A stretch of 29,678 bases of DNA from a virus (Duplodnaviria; Caudoviricetes): IMG/VR virus record IMGVR_UViG_3300021962_000456, positions 1 to 29,678 of that record; one strand, 5' to 3'. A program made the translations under genes and the position numbers. A model generated the notes under the pieces. That model was not told the origin of the DNA. It did no database searches and saw only the letters and a program-made list of their open reading frames with translations. Of this stretch, positions 23,994 through 29,678 are shown piece by piece (position 1 is the first letter of the stretch; each line of letters opens with the position of its first letter).

Positions 23994-24671
23994 ATGAACG
24001 GATGGATTAAAATTGATAGAGACATTACTTCTCATTGGATTTTCAAAGATGAGTGGAAATTCAGGAATTGGATTGACCTACTTACGTTGGTTAATCATTC
24101 AGAGCAAAAGGTAAATATAAAGGGTACTGTATTGACTTGTAAACGTGGTGAAACATTGTGTAGTTTAGACACTTTGGCGAAGCGTTGGAATTGCGATAAA
24201 AGCAAGGTTAGGAGATTTTTAAAGTTGCTTGAAAGTGATTCAATGATTGAATTAAAATCGGAACACATAACGACACGGTTAACTATCTGTAAATATGATA
24301 CTTATCAAGGTGAGCGAAACGCAGATGAAACGGAAGTGAAACACAAACGAAACGCAGATGAAACGCAAATGACACCAAACAAGAATGATAAGAAAGAAAT
24401 AAAGAATAATAAATATAGCTTTCTATCTGCTTTGATTGAGAATGGTTTTGACGAAAAGTTATCTCGTGAATGGATGGAAGTGCGTAAACAAAAGAAAGCC
24501 GTAAACACGCAGACTGCATTTGATGATTTTATGACTCAGGTAAAAAAACACGGAGGAGATAGAAACAAAATTCTTCGTACTTGCGTAGAGCGTTCTTGGA
24601 AAGGATTTAATCACACTTGGTTAGAGAAAGAGAATGACACATTGTTAAACGCATTAAACGGAATAAGATGA
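23994..24671 (+). CDS. Replication initiator (lambda O/replisome organiser-like)
   Basis: GWIKIDRDI..HWIF start, HTH SLDTLAKRWNCDKSKVRRFL, internal iterons; upstream of the helicase. Confidence 0.8.
   Translation: MNGWIKIDRDITSHWIFKDEWKFRNWIDLLTLVNHSEQKVNIKGTVLTCKRGETLCSLDTLAKRWNCDKSKVRRFLKLLESDSMIELKSEHITTRLTICKYDTYQGERNADETEVKHKRNADETQMTPNKNDKKEIKNNKYSFLSALIENGFDEKLSREWMEVRKQKKAVNTQTAFDDFMTQVKKHGGDRNKILRTCVERSWKGFNHTWLEKENDTLLNALNGIR
24316..24417 (+). repeat. Iteron array (five 11-bp units starting GAAAC) plus A-rich tract; putative origin
   Basis: GAAACGCAGAT/GAAACGGAAGT/GAAACACAAAC/GAAACGCAGAT/GAAACGCAAAT at 24316-24370. Confidence 0.75.
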
Positions 24672-25606
24672 TACTAAAACAAGGAGACTCACTTCAGTAC
24701 CTACTCGATGTAAGAGATGGTAAGATAAAGCAAGGTCTTGGACTTGACTGCTTCTTAGATGAGCATTTAAGATTCAAACCTAAGCAACTAAACATCATTT
24801 TAGGACACGACAATGTCGGAAAGACGTATTGGATTAATTGGTATTTTCTTGCACTGGCACTTAAACACAATTTAACGTTTTGCATTTGGTCAGGCGAGAA
24901 TCAGAAAGGGCAGATCCTTAGAGATATGATTCAGATGTATAGAGGTATTCACTTTAGTAAACTGAGTCATTCACAAATTAGCGGAGACTTAGCATTCTTA
25001 GAGCAGTCATTCGTGTTTATAGATAACTCCAATCTTTACAAACCTAATGAGATTTTAGAATTGTTTAAACAAAGCGGAGCGGATGTAGGATTGATAGATC
25101 CATTCACAGGACTTGACCGAGAGATGAGCTTTGCAGGTAACTACGAATTTATGAACCGAGCAAGACAATTTGCTAATCAGACGGGAATGACAATTTATAT
25201 AAACACGCACCCAAACACGGAGAGCGGTAGAACAGGAAATCTATACACCGAAGGAGATTTAAAAGGACACCTTAAAGCACCGTTGAAAGATCACATTGAA
25301 GGAGGTAAGGCATTCCTAAACCGATGTGATGATATGATTGTCGTACACCGATTGATTAAGCATCCTGAACATAAGTACAAGACTTGGATTCAAGTAGAGA
25401 AAGTCAAGGATATGGAAACTGGCGGAAAACATACTCCGATAGATTTTCCTGTTGTTTGCGACTTTAACAATGGAATTGGCTTTGCGATTAATGGAGTTGA
25501 TCCATTGAAAGAACTCCGACCAAAGGAAGTACAAAAACGAATTGAAAACGAGATATTATCAACTTCGGAAAAACTCCGTAGATTAGCAAATCAAAACCCT
25601 TTCTGA
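24668..25606 (+). CDS. SF4 (DnaB/T7 gp4-like) replicative helicase
   Basis: Walker A GHDNVGKT, SGEN, LIDPF, INTHP motifs. Confidence 0.8.
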   Translation: MILKQGDSLQYLLDVRDGKIKQGLGLDCFLDEHLRFKPKQLNIILGHDNVGKTYWINWYFLALALKHNLTFCIWSGENQKGQILRDMIQMYRGIHFSKLSHSQISGDLAFLEQSFVFIDNSNLYKPNEILELFKQSGADVGLIDPFTGLDREMSFAGNYEFMNRARQFANQTGMTIYINTHPNTESGRTGNLYTEGDLKGHLKAPLKDHIEGGKAFLNRCDDMIVVHRLIKHPEHKYKTWIQVEKVKDMETGGKHTPIDFPVVCDFNNGIGFAINGVDPLKELRPKEVQKRIENEILSTSEKLRRLANQNPF

Positions 25607-25607
25607 T

Positions 25608-25910
25608 ATGGACATCGGACTACAAAAAATCAAAACAAGCGTAAATCTTTGGACTATCAAAAGACGAATACAAAACGCACGAGAGAACATCTTAAAAACA
25701 AGACCTGAAGCTACGGACTACATCAAAGGAGCAGAGCAATCAGAGGAGGAGTTATTAGAGGCAATTAGCTTTCTTACTAACCTTTACGAACACGCAGTAG
25801 CAATAAGCAGAGAAAATACAATTCTCGCCAGTAGAAATATGGAGCTACAACGACAAAAAAACGAATTAGAAAACCAAATAAAGTATAACAAAATAGAAGA
25901 ACAATTATGA
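25608..25910 (+). CDS. Hypothetical coiled-coil protein
   Basis: Tightly packed ORF. Confidence 0.7.
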   Translation: MDIGLQKIKTSVNLWTIKRRIQNARENILKTRPEATDYIKGAEQSEEELLEAISFLTNLYEHAVAISRENTILASRNMELQRQKNELENQIKYNKIEEQL

Positions 25911-26161
25911 CACGAGAACAAAAATTAGTAGCACTATGTGCATTCCTACCAGTATTAGGAGACTTCATCGAAGATTTGAACGATCAATCCGTCTTTCGTC
26001 AAGATTTAAAACGCAAGGCAAACATTCTACTGCAAGAAATACAACGTACTGACCGAGCCGTCCTACGAATAGACGAAGCTAATGCCGAGCAAGTTTACAA
26101 CGAACAAGTAGATTTGCAGATTGCTTTCCGTCAATGGATAGAAGAAGTAATTAAACTATAA
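25907..26161 (+). CDS. Hypothetical protein
   Basis: ATGA-coupled ORF. Confidence 0.7.
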   Translation: MTREQKLVALCAFLPVLGDFIEDLNDQSVFRQDLKRKANILLQEIQRTDRAVLRIDEANAEQVYNEQVDLQIAFRQWIEEVIKL

Positions 26162-26174
26162 AAACACGAACGTT

Positions 26175-27257
26175 ATGTTAAGAGTAGGAAGTGATTTTAG
26201 CGGAGTAGGTGCATTCAACCAAGCTCTAAAAAGATTAGGAGTGGAATACAAAGAAGTGTTCGCCTGTGATATGGACAAGTTCGCTCGTGAGACATTCATC
26301 GACAACTATGGTGAACCTGAATACTATCCTCACAACGTATATGACCGAGAAATTCCATCCGAGTCATTGGATATATATATGACATCACCTCCTTGTCAAG
26401 CATTCTCATTAGCTGGTAAGCGACTCGGTAAGGAAGACAAGCGAGGGATTCTGTTCTTTAACTCACACGAGTTCATTCAGGTAAACAAACCAAGGTTCTT
26501 TATCTTTGAGAATGTCAAAGGATTACTCTCTGATGATGGTGGCAAGACATTCCAAGAGTGGTGTAATATGCTTGGAGGTAAGTCAGTCAATGGAGTACCT
26601 GTACTATTCCCTTATGAGGAGTCAGTTTCATATCATTTGTATTGGCAAGTTCTTAACGCAAAAAAACACGGCGTGCCACAGAACCGCGAACGAGTTTTCT
26701 TAGTGGGTATTCGTGACGACGTGGACAACAGCTTTCAATTTCCACGCGAAGAGCATTTGAGTAAACGATTGAAGGATGTACTTGAGGATACTGTTGATGA
26801 TAAGTATTTTTTGAGTGAGAAGATGTTGAATCATTTGACAAATCATCCAAGATCTAAAGAATTTATAAATGAAAATACTGAAAATACAAATTGCATAACC
26901 GCAAATTATTCTAAACAATCAAGTGATTTGCAATACATTAAAATTCAATACAACGATAAAAGATTAAATCAAACAATAGAAAAAAACGAACTTCCAAAAG
27001 GAAAGGTAAAAGCTATTGACATTTATAATAAAAAAGTTCAAGATGAATCACCTACACTTACAGAGCCACACCATAACTCTTTAAGACTATGGGATGGCTA
27101 TCAGGTGAGAAAACTAACACCTCGTGAATGCTTTCGACTAATGGACTTCCCAGATACTTTTACTTGGAAGGTATCAGACTCACAAGCATACAAGCAAGCT
27201 GGCAACTCAATTGTTGTCAATGTACTTTACAAAATCTTAAAGCAATTACCGTTATGA
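26175..27257 (+). CDS. C5 cytosine DNA methyltransferase
   Basis: Motifs FSGVG, PPCQ, ENV, QNRERVF, LTPREC and YKQAGNS. Confidence 0.93.
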   Translation: MLRVGSDFSGVGAFNQALKRLGVEYKEVFACDMDKFARETFIDNYGEPEYYPHNVYDREIPSESLDIYMTSPPCQAFSLAGKRLGKEDKRGILFFNSHEFIQVNKPRFFIFENVKGLLSDDGGKTFQEWCNMLGGKSVNGVPVLFPYEESVSYHLYWQVLNAKKHGVPQNRERVFLVGIRDDVDNSFQFPREEHLSKRLKDVLEDTVDDKYFLSEKMLNHLTNHPRSKEFINENTENTNCITANYSKQSSDLQYIKIQYNDKRLNQTIEKNELPKGKVKAIDIYNKKVQDESPTLTEPHHNSLRLWDGYQVRKLTPRECFRLMDFPDTFTWKVSDSQAYKQAGNSIVVNVLYKILKQLPL

Positions 27258-27261
27258 GATG
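27228..27261 (+). repeat. 34-bp direct repeat, copy 1 (methyltransferase end plus ATGAGATG)
   Basis: TACAAAATCTTAAAGCAATTACCGTTATGAGATG; 32/34 identical to 27397-27430. Confidence 0.9.
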
Positions 27262-27409
27262 TCCAATGTGCAATGAAGAAACAATAATAGAAGGGAATCA
27301 TACATATGAAGAGTATGGAATTGATGACCAAATTGGTTGTGTATACAATATGACTTGCTGCAATGAGGATTGTGATGTTGAGTCAATAATAATATATACA
27401 AAATCTTAA
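27254..27409 (+). CDS. Small acidic Zn-ribbon-like protein (51 aa, MRCPMC...CCNEDC)
   Basis: ATGA overlap at 27254; CxxC and CxxxC pairs; lies between direct repeats. Confidence 0.7.
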   Translation: MRCPMCNEETIIEGNHTYEEYGIDDQIGCVYNMTCCNEDCDVESIIIYTKS

Positions 27410-27430
27410 AACAACTACCGTTATGAGATG
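27397..27430 (+). repeat. 34-bp direct repeat, copy 2
   Basis: TACAAAATCTTAAAACAACTACCGTTATGAGATG. Confidence 0.9.
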
Positions 27431-27938
27431 CAAGAACTGTAAGGAGAAGTTTGAACCTATCCGCTTCAATCAAAAATACTGCTTGAACAAGATGTGTGTT
27501 GATGCTTGGGTACAGGAAGCCACTATAAAAAACTGGCAAAAGAAGAAAAAGCAGATGAAAGCAGATTTAGAGACAGTACAAGACCTTGTCAAAGCCGCAC
27601 AAATGGTATTCAACAAGTACATTAGAGAACGAGATAAAAACGAACTATGCATCTCTTGTAAGCAAATACCTAAAAAGGTTAATGCTGGACATTTCTACAA
27701 CGCTAACAATCATTGGAATGTGCGATTTGATGAGGATAACGTTCACGTTCAATGTGAGAGATGCAATAGCTTCTTATCAGGTAATCTAATTGAGTATAGA
27801 GCTAACCTACTAACTAAAATCGGAGCTGAAAGATTTAGTCAACTTGAAGCCAAAGCAAGGGTAACACGAAAGTTTACAAAAGACGAACTAAAAGAATTGA
27901 TAAAAAAATATAAAGAAAAGTACAACGAATTGAAATAA
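27423..27938 (+). CDS. ninG: NinG/Rap-like recombination endonuclease
   Basis: FNKYIRERD, CISC, AGHFY and RFDEDNVHVQCERCN motifs. Confidence 0.88.
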   Translation: MRCKNCKEKFEPIRFNQKYCLNKMCVDAWVQEATIKNWQKKKKQMKADLETVQDLVKAAQMVFNKYIRERDKNELCISCKQIPKKVNAGHFYNANNHWNVRFDEDNVHVQCERCNSFLSGNLIEYRANLLTKIGAERFSQLEAKARVTRKFTKDELKELIKKYKEKYNELK

Positions 27939-27972
27939 TCTATATTTTTGTATAAATAATTAATTAAACGCT

Positions 27973-28497
27973 ATGAAAAATTTACTTAAAATTCAGGCAG
28001 AATTAAAATGCCCAAAAGGTTCTTTTAACTCATTTGGTAAATACAAATACCGAAGTGCAGAGCAAATTCTTGAATCACTAAAGCCATTGCTATTAAAACA
28101 CGAAGCAATCTTAACTTTAACTGATGATATTGTAGCAATAGGAAACAAGCTATTTTTAAAGGCTACTGCGATTATTTCTTTTGAAAAAGGAGAAGTAGAA
28201 GTTTGCGGTTTTGCAGAGCTTGGAGAACACAAAGGAATGTCATCGGAGCAATGTACTGGAACTGCATCTAGCTACGCTCGTAAGTACGCTCTTAATGGTT
28301 TATTCTTAATTGACGAAACTGAATCTGACCCCGACTCAAAAGACAACTCAAAGACGGAAAAGAAACTACCAGCTATTGATCAAAAGAGATTCAGCGCAGC
28401 GGTACAAGCTATTGCTAAAGGTGAGTTTACCCGTGAGAAGCTAGAAGCCTCATTTACATTAACGGAAGGTCAAATCGATATCTTAAACGCTCTATGA
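27973..28497 (+). CDS. erf: ERF-family single-strand annealing recombinase
   Basis: NSFGKYKYRSAEQIL and QCTGTASSYARKYALNGLFLI..DPD motifs. Confidence 0.85.
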   Translation: MKNLLKIQAELKCPKGSFNSFGKYKYRSAEQILESLKPLLLKHEAILTLTDDIVAIGNKLFLKATAIISFEKGEVEVCGFAELGEHKGMSSEQCTGTASSYARKYALNGLFLIDETESDPDSKDNSKTEKKLPAIDQKRFSAAVQAIAKGEFTREKLEASFTLTEGQIDILNAL

Positions 28498-29174
28498 AGG
28501 CTCTCAAAATTAGGTGTAGTGCCATCGGGAAACTGATGGCCACACCACGCTCTAAAGGTGAGTTCTTATCTCAAACTGCCAAGACTTACATTCACGAGTT
28601 AGTATTAGAACACAAATACGGCATTAAGAAGGAGTTTTCAAGCCGTTACACGGACAAAGGCATTCAAGTTGAAGATGAGTCTATCTCGTTGGTCAATGAT
28701 GTCTTAGATGTCAAATTTATATACAAGAACGAAGAGCATTTTACAAACGATTGGATAACTGGCACACCTGACGTAAACACGGAGGATGTATTGTTAGACG
28801 TCAAAAGCTCTTGGGATGCTACTACCTTTCCGTTTTTTGATACCGAAATCCCTAACAAAGACTACTTCTATCAACTTCAAGGATATATGTGGCTTACTGG
28901 CAAGACTCAATCAATGCTTTGCTACTGCCTTGTAGATACTCCAATTGAAATGGTAGAGGATGAGATCCGCAGAGTGCATTGGAAACTTCACAAACTTGAC
29001 GAGGATTTAGATTTACGAGAAGAGGTGGAGAGTAAGCATCAGTTTTCACACATTCCAAAGAACCGAAGAGTTAAAGTTTTCTACGTACAAAAAGACGAAC
29101 AGGTAATCGACCAAATCAAAGAGAAGATAGAGCTTTGCCGTGAGTATTACAACGCATTAATTAAATTCCTATGA
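28494..29174 (+). CDS. YqaJ/lambda-exonuclease-like PD-(D/E)xK nuclease
   Basis: GTPD...DVKSSW and YFYQLQGYMWL motifs; coupled to the ERF gene. Confidence 0.82.
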   Translation: MKALKIRCSAIGKLMATPRSKGEFLSQTAKTYIHELVLEHKYGIKKEFSSRYTDKGIQVEDESISLVNDVLDVKFIYKNEEHFTNDWITGTPDVNTEDVLLDVKSSWDATTFPFFDTEIPNKDYFYQLQGYMWLTGKTQSMLCYCLVDTPIEMVEDEIRRVHWKLHKLDEDLDLREEVESKHQFSHIPKNRRVKVFYVQKDEQVIDQIKEKIELCREYYNALIKFL

Positions 29175-29362
29175 AAGAGCTTATGATAAAAGAAATTCTG
29201 GATAGATATGAAAAAGCTATTAATGAATTGTCATATTACAAAAGAAGAGTAGAAAATCACGAACAACAATTGAGAGTTGCTAATCGAGAAAACCAACAAC
29301 TTAAAGTGAACATTCACTTACTCGAAGCAAAATTAGACGAATTTAAAAACAAAGAGCAATGA
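29171..29362 (+). CDS. Small coiled-coil protein ending in FKNKEQ
   Basis: ATGA-coupled; ends in a degenerate junction motif. Confidence 0.7.
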   Translation: MKELMIKEILDRYEKAINELSYYKRRVENHEQQLRVANRENQQLKVNIHLLEAKLDEFKNKEQ

Positions 29363-29577
29363 ACCAGAAAGTAGAAGACCCGATTGTACTCAAAGTAATG
29401 AGTAAGTTTTATGACCGCTCACAGCGAGGAATAGAGAAATATGGCACTATGTTAACACGAACTGATTTAAGTGCGTTAGAATGGCTTAATCACGCTCAAG
29501 AAGAGGCTATGGATTTGTGTCTATACCTTGAACGACTAAAAGACGAAGTAAAAACCTTTAAACAACAAGAACAATGA
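29359..29577 (+). CDS. Small all-alpha protein, possibly NTP pyrophosphohydrolase (MazG-like); ends in TFKQQEQ
   Basis: GIEKYG...WLNHAQEEAMD..LYL with an EExxD pattern. Confidence 0.55.
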   Translation: MNQKVEDPIVLKVMSKFYDRSQRGIEKYGTMLTRTDLSALEWLNHAQEEAMDLCLYLERLKDEVKTFKQQEQ

Positions 29578-29678
29578 AAGAATTAACTAAATACCAATTA
29601 AAAATAATTGAAGCACTTAAATTAGGTGCTATATTACAATCTAATGAGGGTAAAGACTATAAAACGTGGCTTATTTAT
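29553..29678 (+). repeat. 126-bp direct repeat, copy 2 (begins with the 27-bp junction motif)
   Basis: Identical to 141-266; upstream flanks differ. Confidence 0.97.

Larger units (their letters stand above)
141..29552 (+). mobile_element. Complete circular(ised) tailed phage genome, siphovirus-like, probable Bacteroidota/Flavobacteriia host
   Basis: Terminase, portal, capsid, tape measure, lysis, replication and recombination genes all on one strand; 29553-29678 is identical to 141-266; Bacteroidota-type TAnnTTTG promoters. Confidence 0.92.

Noticed and set aside
14841-27789. Nested + strand alternative-frame ORFs (14841, 21930, 26506, 27586)
   Set aside because: Fully inside conserved genes, with no slippery site or protein-like features, unlike 4899-5174.
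1252-28858. All minus-strand ORFs in the six-frame track
   Set aside because: Each is antisense to a well-supported + strand gene and has no recognisable motif; treated as shadow ORFs.
29553-29678. 126-bp repeat as a biological direct terminal repeat
   Set aside because: Copy 1 starts at 141 rather than base 1 and the repeat ends mid-gene; an assembly overlap is the simpler explanation.

Overview
This window is an apparently complete ~29.4 kb genome of a small siphovirus-like tailed phage, probably infecting Bacteroidota/Flavobacteriia (AT-rich, TTG-N19-TAnnTTTG promoters, A-rich starts with no Shine-Dalgarno). All credible genes lie on the + strand. Bases 29553-29678 repeat 141-266 exactly, closing the circle, while 1-140 is a non-matching alternative entry branch. 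Gene order: small-ORF array, SSB-like protein, ECF sigma factor, terminase, tail genes, tape measure, prohead protease, internal proteins, scaffold, major capsid, tail tube, portal, adaptor, tail fibre, lysis, metallophosphoesterase, early genes, replication initiator with iterons, helicase, C5 methyltransferase, NinG, ERF recombinase, exonuclease. I saw no integrase, tRNA, CRISPR array or reverse transcriptase. The most notable signal is a candidate integrase-free gene-cassette system: small unrelated ORFs are joined by a conserved 27-bp stop/start junction (AACCTTTAAACAACAAGAACAATGAAA, encoding TFKQQEQ*), between the ERF/exonuclease and SSB genes, and the assembly branches exactly at this motif. 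A second mini-gene is flanked by a duplicated 34-bp gene junction. Other signals: a kissing-loop RNA leader before the replication initiator, a late-promoter-like motif abutting four start codons, head-module proteins sharing a putative targeting/cleavage motif, a -1 frameshift with two long open frames, and strong CATG avoidance. All functional calls come from motif recognition by eye; no searches were run.
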